Shown piece by piece: positions 1 through 16,950 of a DNA stretch of 64,000 nucleotides. The first letter of the stretch is position 1. Each line of letters starts with the position of its first letter. Under the pieces are notes generated by a model, which saw nothing but the letters and a program-made list of their open reading frames with translations, did not search any database and was not told where the DNA came from. Where the stretch lies: assembly GCF_009914755.1 (NCBI RefSeq), contig NC_060937.1; one strand, given 5' to 3'. This DNA is from the human T2T-CHM13v2.0 reference genome, Homo sapiens. A program made the position numbers and the translations under genes.

Positions 1-59
1 GGTTGACAAATAACTGCACAATTTAATCCTTTTAAATATTTTATATTATTTATATGACT

Positions 60-3000
60 TCAATAAATTTAAATTGATTGAGGCCGGTTTTATGGCCTAA
101 CATATTCCATTCTGAAAAAAGTTCCGTATGATAATTGAAAAAGTTCCATATGATTCTTGAAAAAACTGTGAGTATTCCGTTCTTGTAGGGTGGAGTATTC
201 TATAGATGCTAGTTAGCTCTGTAGTATTTTAGGTTTACTGTGTTCTTCAAGTCTCCTATTTCCATTTTGTTCTGTGCCTAATTGTTCTATACATTATTAT
301 GAGGGGATTACTGAGCCTCTAATTACTGTTTTTAATTTTTTCCCTACAATTCTGGCAGTTTTTGCTTCATGTATTTGGGGATGTTTTGTTGGGTGCAAGT
401 ACGTTTATAATTTCTATTTTTAAGGGATTGGCCCTTTGATTAATATAAAATGTCCTTTCTTGACTGTAGTTAACATTTTTTTCTCTTAAAGTCAATTTAA
501 ATTAATATCACTATAGCCATTTCAGCTTTTGCTTCGTACTTGTTAGTATTATATATATTTTTTCACACTTTACTTTCAACCTATTATGTCTGAATATAAA
601 TGCTTTTTTTCTGGAAAAAGCCTTATTATTTTAATTTATTAAATTATTATGTTAATTACTACTTTACATCACTTGATTGGAGAATTTAAATCATTTATAT
701 TTATTGTAATTATTGACAAGGTCAGTTAACATGTGCCATTTTATTTGTTTTCTATAAGTTTTATGACTGTTTTGTTCCTCTAGTCCTCCATTACTCTGTT
801 TCTTGTCTTAAATATCTATATTCTAGTGTACCATTTTACACATCTTGTTTCTTATATACATATGTTTGACATATTTTCTTAATGATCAGTCTGGCTATTA
901 TAATTAACATCTTTTAAAAATTGGCCTGGATTAATAGCAACTTGCTTTCTGTAGTAATCTATACTAGTAGTCAACTTCTTGCTCCAGTATAGCTTGTTTA
1001 CCATCCCCCACCCTTTTTGGTGCTATTATTGGCAGAGAAATTGCATCTTTATACACTATAAACCCATAAACAGAGTCATATAATTATTGGTTTATAGAGT
1101 TGTCTTTTGAAAGAGGGACAAAGAGTCACAAACATAAATAAGTTTATATTTTCTTTTACATTTCCCTGTGTAGTTGGCTTTCTCGGTTGCCTTTAATTCT
1201 TCATATGGATCCAAAATAGTATTCTGGCCTCTATCGCTTTTGATGAGAAGTTCACTGTTAATATATATAGAATTACTGATACATGAGGAAGCATTTATCT
1301 CTTGTTTCTTTCAAAGTCCTCCCTTTAATGTGGCTTTCTACAATTTGAGGATGCTGTGCATTGGTGTCAGTCTCTGAGTTTTTGCTATTTAGAGTTCATT
1401 AACTTCTTATATGTGTAAATTTTTTTTAATGTGGAAAGATTTCAGCCAATATTTTTTCAAATATTATTTTTGACTATTTCTCTCTGCTTCTCTGGGACTC
1501 CCAAAATATATATATATATATTTCACGTTATGGTGTCCTGTTTGGTCACTGAGACTCCGCTAATTTTTCTTTATATATATTTCTTTGTATTTCTCAGCCT
1601 TGAGAATTTCCATTGACTTATTTTCAAGTGAGTTAATTTTTTCTTCTGCTATCTCAGATATGCTTTTGAGCCTATGTAGTAAATTTTAATTTTCAACTAT
1701 TGTATTTGAAAACTCCAGAATTTCAATTAGATTTTTTAAATGTTTTCTTTTTAATGAAATTCTTTATCTGGTAATATATTATTGTCATATTTTTCTTTAA
1801 TTCATTAGACAAGGTTTATGTATTTTTTTTACTTTTAGTATGTTAATTATATTTAATTAAAAGTGCTTCTTCAGTAAGACCAGCATCTGCGCTTTCTCAG
1901 GTACAGTTGTTTGACTGCTTCCTTTCTCTCTGTTTATGCATCATGCTTTCATGTTTCTTTTCATTTTTCATAACATTTTCTTGAAATTGGACATTTCAAA
2001 TAACAGAATGGGCAACTCTGGAAATAAAATGCCCTTTCTAAGGTTTATTGTATTTGCTGTTTGATTTTGTTGTGTTGTTGCTCTTGTTATTTCTGGTGCT
2101 GCTAATGTTGTTGTAGTTTTTTTCCTTAATGAATTTTTCTGAAATAAATATGTAAAGTCTGTATTATTTGTCATGTGTGGACACTGAAATTGTGCTGAGT
2201 TAGCTTATTGGTTAGCTGCTTCTTGCATAGAAATATCTTTAGATGGCTTGAACCAATTTGTCTCTCACCTTTTTATAAGTGGCTCCATATATATTTTGAG
2301 GCATGGCTTAATTATCTGGTAGTTTATAACTCTGTCTGGTGCTACACTCCCTGTTTACAAAGTTAATTAGCCAGAAGTAGAAGATTAGAACGACTCATTT
2401 ATTTATTTGCCATATTCATATCTCTGCACCTATGTGTGACCTTCTAAATATGCAGGAATATATTGGAGCTTTTCAAAGCTCTCTATGGACATCTAATTCC
2501 CAGACCTTCCTTTTAACTTTTTGGCCAGTTTATTTTTTTGATCTAACGGTATCACAGCCTCAGGCAGCTGCAAGGTTAAATAATTCCCTCTGATTATTTT
2601 GCCAGATATTGAGGGGACTGGACTTTCCCCATTGAAAGAATTCTGAGTCATGTCAAATAAAAATAATCCCTGTAAATGGGGGTTTCCCAGAAAGTTTTGA
2701 GACTGGCCAAGTAGATGAAATTCTCTAGGTATGGGGCTTTTGGAAAACTCTGCACCCAGTCTGCCCCTTCAGTAGCTGGTTTTCACAGTATCATGGTTTG
2801 AATGTGTGTGCATTAATGCTATGTTGGAGTTGGGATGAGAGGCGAGAGGAATAGAGCAAGGTAAAATGTCACAAAGCTTGCTGTTCTTAAATAGATTAGC
2901 CATTTTTCCTGAGTGAATGCTTGTTGCATGTTGAAAGTTTTTAGCTAATTTCCCAAATTATGAAAATGTTGCTGTTTTTTTCAAATGTTGCCAGTGTTCT

Positions 3001-3065
3001 ATATGGCTTTTATGAAAGAGCATATTTACAGAGGCCCTTACCCTGCCAGTCTGGAAATGTTTCCC
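60..3065 (-). mobile_element. Old L1 (L1M, MC/MD-like) from ORF2 endonuclease region through ORF1 to 5' end, degenerate
   Basis: Antisense L1 motifs such as tttatggcctaacata...gggtggagtattctatagatg, ttttgcttcatgtattt and ORF1-type ttcagccaatattttttcaaata; no open frame. Confidence 0.7.
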
Positions 3066-3405
3066 TTGCCATGAATTTTAAGTAACATATTTCTTCTTTG
3101 TCCTGACTGTCAGCTAAATTTGATATCTGATATGACAATAGTTTTCTTACCTCCTATCTACTACTACTACTATTATATTACTCAAATACTGTGAATATTC
3201 CTCTTTGTGTGTTATTTGGCAAATGTCCCACCTGTTTTATTGATAAAGCCTAAAGTCTGTGAGCTACAGTCACTGAAGAATCTAATGCCCATGCAAACAT
3301 ATATGGGTCTGTGTGATTTTAGAATACTGCATAATAACCTCCTATTAGATTTTCTTATAATAATGTTTTTCATTATTATTATTTGTTATTATTTAATATC
3401 TTTGA

Positions 3406-3785
<380 letters not shown>

Positions 3786-3945
3786 TCAGTCTGAATTTTA
3801 AATTTTTCAAACATTCTTCTCAACTCTGAGTATTTGAAAACTAGCATACTGCTCACACACTTTCTAACAATAAATTTTTCAGATAAAGGCTGATTACATT
3901 TGCTATGCTCTCTACCATGAGTTATGAAATTTTACTATGCACTAA

Positions 3946-4407
<462 letters not shown>

Positions 4408-4689
4408 CAGATATTATAATCTCTTGATGTAATTGCAAAAGTTTAAGATTTTTAACACATAATTAGGATATTTTTCTTTAATTTGAATGGTTCAAATACT
4501 CATATGTTTTATGTCACTTTAGGATTCTTCTAACTGTGGTGTTTTAAGTTTCTGTTACATGTTTAATTTAATTATGTACCTTCAATATAAAAACAATATA
4601 TAATTACAAGTTTATATTTTTTGACCATAGTATATCCTTTCACTGAAAGTATTACCTTACTATTACATGTCATGTCATATTGTCTCAAG

Positions 4690-5030
4690 ACATTAGCTGC
4701 AGCCAAAGTATAATTTTAAAATGTAAAAACAGCCACATCATTTCCCTCTTAATTTTCACTATCAGTTTTTGAATTCGCACAACGTGGTTTACAAGGACTT
4801 TCACAACCCTGGTATTTCAGTCATTTTATAAAATATCATTACATTAAGAACTCCCAGCTCCTCTATTATTTTGCATTTTTCATGCCATATTTATGGTTTA
4901 ATATCTGTGTTCTGTACTAGACCATAACAAGCACAATCGTTGAGGCTTCACCTGATTTAAACATTCCCAAATTTTTGGAACCCAAAATATTCCTGCCATG
5001 TGGTAGGTGCTTAGTCCTAGTAGTTGAAAA
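4690..5030 (+). mobile_element. L2 3' fragment
   Basis: Degenerate L2 motifs ending cctgccatgtggtaggtgcttag...gttgaa. Confidence 0.5.
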
Positions 5031-5539
5031 ATGGCTAACTTGACATTACCTTATTTAAGTATTTTGTGATTTACATATTTTCTCCTTAGAATTGTTTTCA
5101 GTTTACTAGTTTATCTTTTACCCTCCATTGCATTCTTGTCATGTAAAATATTAGAAGAATTGTATGATGTAGAGAAATGCAGTAAGGCAAAATATCAACC
5201 CTAATTTTATATTATAAAATGACATCAAGCATTCTTAGAAGAAATCTTTCAGAGAGATAAGAAAAAAATGACGAGAAATATAACCAGTCTGAACTGCTCA
5301 GCATATTAAGGAAAATATTGTAGTATCATTTATTTCCCAATTAATTGCTTTGGCTTCTATCTACTCCATTAACAGGAAATATGACATCTCCCTCTTGGGC
5401 TAGAGTCTTCAAAGTATCTGAAGAATGCTAGGACGTCTTTGTTCAGAGAACTGTTGGAGTCTCTTTTTCAACTCCAATGAGGAGAAAAAAGAAATTTCAT
5501 CAGGCTGATAATGCCATAACTTATGAAAAGTAATGATAG

Positions 5540-5945
5540 AATCATAATTTTTAATTTTTAAAATGTAAACTTTTAAAAAGCATATATAAAAGTAGATGAT
5601 AACATAATGAGCATGAGTATCCTTAATTCTGCATTGATAATCACTAACAGCCATTTTTTTTCATCTCTTTCCCCCTTTTTAAAGGAGGTGGGAGTCTAGA
5701 GTATTTTAAAGGAAATCTAAGAAAACAAATCATTTCACTAAAAAAATGCCTTATTACACATCTTTAACAGATAATGACTTTTTAATGATATCACAATCCT
5801 GGTATCACACTTAAGAAAATTTAATTTAATATCACTATTGCCTGCTCAGTTTCAATATTTTGCTGATTGATTAAAAAAAGTTTCTTTGCAACTAGTTTGT
5901 TTTAATCAAGATGCAAATGAGATTTGCCTATTAACTTTATGGTTT
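5540..5945 (-). mobile_element. L1MC-like 3' UTR fragment
   Basis: tattttaaaggaaatct...atcatttcac...gtttgtttaatcaagat motifs typical of L1MC4/5 3' ends. Confidence 0.45.
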
Positions 5946-5984
5946 ATTTTGTTACATATAAAAATATTGGAAACTGATCACCTC

Positions 5985-6056
5985 ATCACCTGAGGTCAGG
6001 AGTTCGAGACCAGTCTGACCAATATGGCGAAACTCCGTCTCTACTAAAAATACAAA
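5985..6056 (+). mobile_element. Internal Alu left-arm fragment (B-box to middle A-rich linker)
   Basis: atcacctgaggtcaggagttcgagaccagtctgaccaatatggcgaaactccgtctctactaaaaatacaaa, lacking head and right arm. Confidence 0.9.
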
Positions 6057-6349
6057 TGGTCTAGCAGAGTTATACAACTAACTGTCATTATGTGAGATGG
6101 CATCACAATCTATGAAATTCATGGATCATCTACTAACACATAGGGCAGTAAACATGGCCCTTTTGCTCTCTTGGACATAATTCCTAGGGCTCTCACAATT
6201 TTCCTTTTGAATTGGCCAGGCACAAATTGCCTGATTATATAATCTTGTCTCAATGCAATGTGCTATTCACTCTATATTTTTCTTTCTGCGTGCTTCAGGG
6301 TATTACATTACTCTAAGAAAGACTTTGCAAGTGATTCCAAAGTATCTTG

Positions 6350-6816
6350 TACTGTGGTAGATTTAGCAACATAAAAATATTTATTGGCTTAAAATAATAA
6401 GCATTTATTTAGCTCATAATTAAGAGGACTCACCTGGGCATCTTGTGTTGCAACATCTCTTCTTTTGGTTTTGTCTAGGGTCACTGGTATTACTCCATTC
6501 ATCTGAGCACCTTTGCTTTTTGAGTTTGGCTGACCATTAGCCAGAATGATAAAAAATGAACCATGTGTTTCTCTTATTATATGTACAGTTTGGTCTTCTT
6601 CACGTAGTGGCAGTTGAAGGGGTTTCAACAGCAGCAAGAGAAGCAAAGTTGCATTGTACAAACATTATTTACTTTTCACCTTGCATCATGGTTGCTATTA
6701 TCCTATTGACCAAAACCTGTCATATGGTCTAGCCCTGTAGCAATGTGGTAAGGAACAACATGAAAGTGGGGTAGGCTAAGGAAAATGGAGAACAGTTCTC
6801 CAATAGTTTACTACAC
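6350..6816 (-). mobile_element. MLT1 (old MaLR) LTR
   Basis: ggcttaaaataataagcatttatt...cttgcatcatggttgctattatcctattgaccaaaacctgtcatatgg matches antisense MLT1J/K-type LTR. Confidence 0.6.
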
Positions 6817-8059
6817 ATCTCTACCATTCCAGTGCCTTGTCATTTATGATATACTTTGACACCTTCTTCACTAGAGAAAAGAAAAGCAATTCCACAAATT
6901 TAATTTCCAGTTAAGCATTTCACTGTAAAGTGACCCAATTAACTATACATTTTCTTTGGAAAAAAATAATAATTTTATATTTATAACACTAATAATTTAT
7001 CTGAGCCTTAATTAAGACTCACTGATAAACTCCTTTATGGCATAGCTTGATTTCCTTCAAATAAAATGAGATTATATCTGTCTAGTTCCCATCAGGATGA
7101 CATTTTCAATTGCCATATCAACTCCACCAGATAACCACAAGACTCAAATCTGACAGAGCTGTCTCTCAACACACAATGGTGGAAACTGACAATGAAGCCG
7201 AGGGAGACTGATGCATTTTCAATAATGCAGGGATTATTATGTTTTTTTCTTTAAAGCTGCCTTTTCTCCCCACAGGGAGGAAGTTTAAAGCATTCATTGT
7301 GAGAGAAAAGCTATTTTGCTGTTTTTTTTTTAATGGGTATTTCTTCGAACTTGAAAAGTTTTATGTCACTTTCAAGCACATTGTTAAGAAAGGCAGAGCC
7401 AGATCAGATTCAAACTTTCCTCTCTCACAGACAAATCTTCTGCAGTTGAAAACGCCAGAGTGACAAAAGAAGCTGAAGTGCAAGAAATAAACTGTTCTAA
7501 CTAAAAGGACCTAACGGCCCCCATCATCCTAATGCTACCTGTGTTATTTCATGGGTGTCACGCTTAGATTAGATAGAAACACTACGATTAAGTTGAAAAC
7601 TAATGGCACCACAGGAAAAATGCCCACCAAATATTATTTTTCCAATAACCTTTGTTAATTGTTTGTGAGAATCTAATGTGAGCTGTCTAGTGCTGGTGTT
7701 TATGAAGGCTGCCACGCATGCTATAAGATGAGCTGAAAGACATTATAAAGTTGGTTAGCAAATTCATTATTTTATATAAATGATGTGACAGAAAAATCAC
7801 TAATACAGTTGGCTATAGGTCTTATCCTTTCATTTTAGCATTAGTTATTAATACTAGTATCTATCTTTTTGTTTCCTGTAGGATTGTATCAGCTTTTATA
7901 GATTTATAGGTTTCAGAAAGCTAGATAGCAATCAGAAGAAAAAGAATTAGTTTCATTAACTCATCAGTTTTTTATCTGTTTCTGAAGAGATCAGCTACCC
8001 TCCTAAGACACTGTACAAATACAAAATAATTACTAGAAATTTAAAATATTTCTACTATT

Positions 8060-8456
<397 letters not shown>

Positions 8457-8554
8457 TTAATCTCTCTTCGAAAAGTAAAGTTTAAACATATAGCTAAAGT
8501 GTTTGGAATTTGTTTGTTTTATCCCTCAATATTAGCAGCTTTAATTTAGTAGTT

Positions 8555-9291
8555 CCTTTTTTAAAAGGTAATTTTAGACTGACAAAATAGTTTCACAAGA
8601 ATAGTATAATGAATTTCTATATGTCCTTCACAAAACTATCTATTTCCTATCATCTTACGGAATTGTAGAACATTTGTCAAAACTAGATTAACCATGGATC
8701 AATACTATTGATAAAAGTACAGAATTTTAGGAGGTTTCACCAGATTTTTTGTGACTGTCATTTCTTTGCTTTGGGATGCTACATTACATTTAGTGTTCAC
8801 TTCTTCATAGAATTCTGTAACTGTGATAGTTATTTATCATTTCTCTGTTTTTTTAAAATTGCATTAACACTTTTGAAGAGAAGTAGTCAGTTATTTTACA
8901 GATTGTTGCTGTATTTGAATTTGCCTGGTATTTTCTTACGGTTATATTGAACTTACATTATTGAGAAGAATGCCCCAAAGGTGATACGCCCTTTTCAATC
9001 GCAGCATATCATGGGGTGCATAATATAAAAACTGGTGGTACTAACATTGATCACTCAGTAAAGTGATGTTTGCCAGAATTTGTCACTGTAGGCTCACTAT
9101 TTTTCTCTTTGTATTTGCTAAATGTTTGGAAAATAAATCTAGAGTCTATGCATATGTTGGGATTTTGTTCAACTTTTTCCTGCTAATTTTAGCATCCATC
9201 AGTCTTTCCTGCAGGCAGCAATTATTACTGTAGTTTTCTAATGGTGATTTTCTATTTCCCTGGTTCCCCCTACAATTGTTAGTTAAAAATC
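8555..9291 (-). mobile_element. L1MC 3' UTR, left part (interrupted by L1PA)
   Basis: acattacatttagt...cacttttgaagag..tagtcagttatttt...atggtgattttctatttccc motifs. Confidence 0.7.
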
Positions 9292-10656
<1,365 letters not shown>

Positions 10657-11054
10657 GTAAGAAAGAAATATTCCTTCACTTACTTAGTTGGTTATTCACA
10701 TATATCACTATAAAATTGTGAATACTTATTTAATTTTGGGGCGTTATAACACAATACTACGCTTACTTATGGTGTGACCAAATTATTCCAACTTTGGCCA
10801 TTGGAATTCCTTTCAGTTTGATGCCTGTGCCTTTTTTGTAATATGCTTCCACAGTTTATTATTTTATTTATCATTTATTTCTGGCAACATCAGATGCTTT
10901 GGACTCATCTTATAGTACACTGGAATCAACAGGTTCTCCAAGAATCCTTGTGTTCTTTCAGTGAAGAAGATTTTAGAAACCAGTGGCTAGGCATTAGGTG
11001 TGCTTATAGATACTGGGTTTCTCTCTATCCAGCTTCTCTCAGTGGATAGGTAGC

Positions 11055-11250
11055 ACAATGACATCCGTTTCAGACTTCTAACATACAAAATGGTAAGATA
11101 GTAAGATAGTATTATCTTCTACTTCTAACATACAAACTTCTTCTGCTTCTAACATACAAAATGGTAAGATAATAAGATAATAAATTTATTCTTTCTTAAG
11201 ACACTAATTTTGTGATAACTTGTTATAGGAGCAATAGAAAACAGGTATTA
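11055..11250 (+). mobile_element. MLT1 LTR 3' end with internal duplications
   Basis: agacttc...taagataataaattt...cactaattttgtgataacttgttataggagcaatagaaaac. Confidence 0.7.
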
Positions 11251-12023
11251 TGCTACATGGTACTACATCTTTAGAGACAACTCCTCTCCCACTCTGAACT
11301 CTTGTAAACATTGATCTATTTTCCACAATAAAACTTTGCCTTTTACAGAGTGTTGTGTGAATAAAATGGATAATAAATAGCTTTTTGGCTTGCATTTTCA
11401 CTTAGCAAAATGAATTTCAGCTTCATTCATGTTGTTGCGTGAATCAAGTTTATCCCTTTTTATTGTTTAGTAGTACCACACTGTATGGATACCACAATTT
11501 ATTCATTCACCAATTGAAGTATATATTATTAATGATTTCTGGTAATCCTGAATAATGCTGCCAGAAACATTCACCTAGAGGTTTGTGTGTCACCGTAAGT
11601 TTTCATTTATCTTGAGTAGACACATGGGAGTGAGATTTCTGGGTCATACAGTAAGTGAATGTGTAATTTTTTAAAAATTTCTAGCTCTTCAAAATAATGT
11701 CCACCAGCAGTGTATGAGAGTTTCAATTACTTATCATCCTCATCAGTACTTCCTATTGCTAGATTTTTTTGGTATGCATTTAAGATAGGCAGTGGTAACA
11801 CCTTAGCTCATTTGGTTTTATATTTGCATTTTTGAGCATATTTCAAATGTTTTCTTTCCATCTGAATTTCTGTTTTGGTAAGGTGTCTGTTCAGACTTTT
11901 TACCAATGTTTTTCATTTTTTTCACATTTTTCAATTTTCAGAGTTTTTTAAAATTTTGATTTATAAATATTTTTTCTTAGTCTGGGAGTTTTTTTAAATA
12001 ATATCTTTACAGAGCAAACACAA

Positions 12024-12238
12024 TTTTTTATTTTATTTTATTTTAGATTCAATGACTACATGTGCAGGTTGTTACATGGGTGTATTGAATGATGCAGATA
12101 TGGTTTTTTAACTATGTCGTTTCCAAGTAGTAAAAATAGTGCATGACAGGTAGTTTTCAAACTTTGTCTCTATCTTTCCTCTCTCCTTCTGGAATCCTTA
12201 TTGCTTATTTTGCCCATCTTTGTGTCTGTGTGTACCAA
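12024..12238 (-). mobile_element. L1PA15-17/L1PB-type 3' end
   Basis: ttttagattcaatgactacatgtgcaggttgttacatgggt...ggtagttttcaa. Confidence 0.75.
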
Positions 12239-12359
12239 AAAACATTTTTTGATTTTAATAATTCTAGATTTTACTTTTTTCTTTTATAAGTTGTGCTGTT
12301 TTGCTGTTTTTATTTTACACTTAAGACATCTATTTTTTATTTCTGTATAGGTGAGATGC

Positions 12360-12596
12360 AATTAAACGTTGGGTATACATGGACATATGGATGGAAACAA
12401 TAGACACAGGGGACTAACAGAGAGGAGAGGGAACTGATAGGGCAAGTGTTGAAAACCTACCTATTGAATACTGTGCTCACTACCTGGCAGATGGGTTCAG
12501 GTACCTCTAGTTTCAGTATCATACAATATAGTCTTGTAACAAACCTGCACATGCACCCCCAAACCTAAAATTCAAATCAAAAGTAAAAAAAAAAAA
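12360..12596 (+). mobile_element. L1PA15-17/L1PB-type 3' end with poly-A
   Basis: gggtatacatggacat...aatagacac...gtaacaaacctgcacatg...poly-A. Confidence 0.8.
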
Positions 12597-12936
12597 TCCA
12601 TCCCCTTGTTAACTCTCACAATAAACTTGTTAAATAGGGATAAAAAATTATTTTAAATTTGGGGTTAATTTGTCTGTCATCATGGATTTGAATGATTTTT
12701 TTTTCTCTATTGAATTGTTTTAGTACCATTGCCAAATATCACTTGTCTATATTGGTTTGGTTTAGTTCTATGTTCCTTACACTCTTGCTTAAATCGAGAA
12801 GTCTTTAGTGCCAATGCCACACTATGGAGCTTCATTACTATAGCTCTATAATCCTAATGAGTAGTTTGTATATTTCAGCTTTTCTTGATCATGCGAGCTT
12901 TCTGTCTGCTGTAATGTGGGTCCTCTGAAGCAGCAG

Positions 12937-15286
12937 CGATATGGCTTGGCTGTGTCCCCACCCAAATCATGTCTTGAATTGCAGTTCCCATAATTCCTAC
13001 TTGTCATGGGAAGGATCCAGTGGGAGGTAATCGAATCACAGGGGCAGTTACTCCCATGCTGCTATCCTCATGATAGTGAGTGAGTTCTCACAAGATCTGA
13101 CAGTTTTATAATGGGCATTTCCTGCTTTGCTCAGCACTTCTCTTTCCTGCCATCATGTGAAGAAGGACATGTTTGCTTCTCCTTCTGCCATGATTGTAAG
13201 TTTCCTGAGGCCTCCCAAGTCATGTGGAACTGTGAGTCAATTAAACCACTTTCCTTTATAAATTACCCAGACACAGGCAGTTCTTTATAGCAGCCTGAGG
13301 ATTGACTAATACAATAAATTGGTATCAGGTAGTGGGTTGCTGCTCTAAAAATAACCAAAAATTTGAAAGTGACTTTGGAACTGAGTAACAGGCAGAGGTT
13401 CGAACAGTCTGGGGGACTCAGAAGAAGACAGGAAAATATGGGAAAGTTTGGAACTTCCTAGAGACTTGTTGAATGGCTCTTATCAAAATGCTGATAGGAA
13501 TATAGACAATGAAGTCTAGGTTGAGGTGGTCTCAGATGGAGATGAGGAACTTGTTGGGAATTGAAATAAAGGTACATTTGCTATGTTTTAGCAAAGAGAC
13601 TGTCACCATTTTGCCCCTGCCTTAGAGATCTGTGGAACTTTATACTTGAGACAGATGATTTAGGGTATATGGTGGAAGAAATTTCTAAGCAGCAAAGCAT
13701 TCAAGATGTGACCTGCGTGCTGTTAAAAGCATTCAGTTTTATGTATTCACAAAGACATGCTTTGGAATTAGAGCTTATGTTTAAAAAGGAAGCAGAGCAA
13801 AAAAATTCAAAAAATTTGTAGCCTGATGATGCACAGAAAAAAACTCATTTTCTGTGAAGAAATTCAAGCTGGATGCAGAAATTTGCCTAAGGAACAAGGA
13901 GCCAAATGTTAATCATCAAGGCAATGGGGAAAATTTCTCCAAGGCATTACAGAGGTTTTCATGGCAGCTGCTCTCATTATTGACCTGGAGGCCTAGGAGG
14001 AAAAAATGGTTTCCTGGGCCAGGCTCAGGGCCTTGCTGCTTTGTGCCACCTCAGGACTTGGTACCATGCATTCCAGCTGTGGCTAAAAGGGGACAACATA
14101 CAGGTCAGGCCATGCCTTCAGAATGTGCAAGCCCTAAGCCTTGGCAGTTTCCATGTGGTATTGAGCCTATGGGTGCACAGAAGTCAAGAATTGAGGTTTG
14201 GCAACCTCTGCCTAGATTTTAAAAAACATATGAAAATGCCTAGATGTCCAGACAGAAGTTTGCTGTAGGGGCACAGCCCTCATGGGGAACCTCTGCTAGG
14301 GCAATGTAGAGTGGAAGGGAAATGTGGGATTGGATCCCAGAATCCCTACTGTGACATTGCCTAGTGGAGCCATGAGAAAAGGTCCACCATCCTTCAGACC
14401 CCAGAATGGTAGATTTACCAACCATTTGCATCTTACACCTGGAAAAGCCACAGACATTCAATGTCAGCCCCTGAAGGCAGCCAAGATGGGGCTGTTCTCT
14501 GCAAAGTTACAGGGGTAAAGCTGTCCAAGGCTATGGGAGCCCACCTCTTGCATTGGTGTGACTTGGATCTGAGACATGGAGTCAAAGAAGATCATTTTGG
14601 AGCTTTAAGATTTGACTTCCCCACTAGATTTTGGACTTGCATAAGGCCAGTGGCCCCTTAGTTTTGGCCAATTTCTCCTATTTGGAATGGGTTTACTTAC
14701 CAAATGTCTGTAACCCCATTGTGTCTAGGAAGTAGCAAACTTGCTTTTGATTTTAAAGGCTCATAGGCAGAAAAGACTTGCCTTGTCTCAGATAAGACTG
14801 TAGACTTTGACTTTTGGGTTAATGTTGGAATGAATTAAGACTTTCCCTGTTGGGAAAGCAGTATTGTGTTTTGAAAAGTGAGGACATGAGATTTGGGAGG
14901 GGCCAGGGCAGAATGACATGGTTTGGCTTTGTGTCCCTTCCCAAATCTCATCTTGAATTGTAGTTCCCATAATCCCCACATGCTGTGGGAAGGACCCAGT
15001 GGGAGGTAATTGAATCATGAGGGCGTTTACATGCATGCTACTGTTCTTGTGATAGTGAGTGAGTTCTCACATGATCTGCTGGTTTTATAAGGGACTTTTT
15101 CCTCTTTGCTTGGCACTTCTCCTTCCTGCTATCATGTGAAGAATGTGTTTGTTTCCCCTTCCACCATGATTTTAAGTTGCCTGAGGCCTCCCCAGCCATG
15201 AACTGTGAGTCAATTAAACCCCTTTCCTTCATAAATTACCTAGTCTCTGGCAGTTCTTTACAGCAGTGTGAGAACAAAATTATACA
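12937..15286 (+). mobile_element. Full-length THE1D-type MaLR (5' LTR 12937-13313, internal 13314-14913, 3' LTR 14914-15286)
   Basis: Two homologous LTRs (..atatggcttggctgtgtcccc...gactaataca; tgacatggtttggc...tataca), purine tract gggaggggccagggcagaa before the 3' LTR, degenerate 5-bp TSD agcag/aacaa. Confidence 0.92.
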
Positions 15287-16213
<927 letters not shown>

Positions 16214-16215
16214 AA

Positions 16216-16950
<735 letters not shown>

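Larger units (their letters stand above)
10657..12890 (-). mobile_element. L1MC 3' UTR/ORF2 continuation, carrying nested insertions
   Basis: ttccaactttggccattgg..., cttcattcatgttgttgcgtgaatca..., ttcattactatagctctata continue the element started at about 8555. Confidence 0.65.

Noticed and set aside
113-160. 22-23-bp tandem duplication, plus 10-bp ones at 21049-21068 and about 56814-56835
   Set aside because: Ordinary slippage duplications with no further structure.
11075-11160. Spaced direct repeats superficially like a CRISPR array
   Set aside because: Three irregular copies, spacers derived from local sequence, eukaryotic LTR context, no cas genes.
13854-14661. ORFs in the THE1 internal region, and 33926-34389 in MST internal
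   Set aside because: Broken remnants of MaLR internal sequence; short and interrupted by stops.
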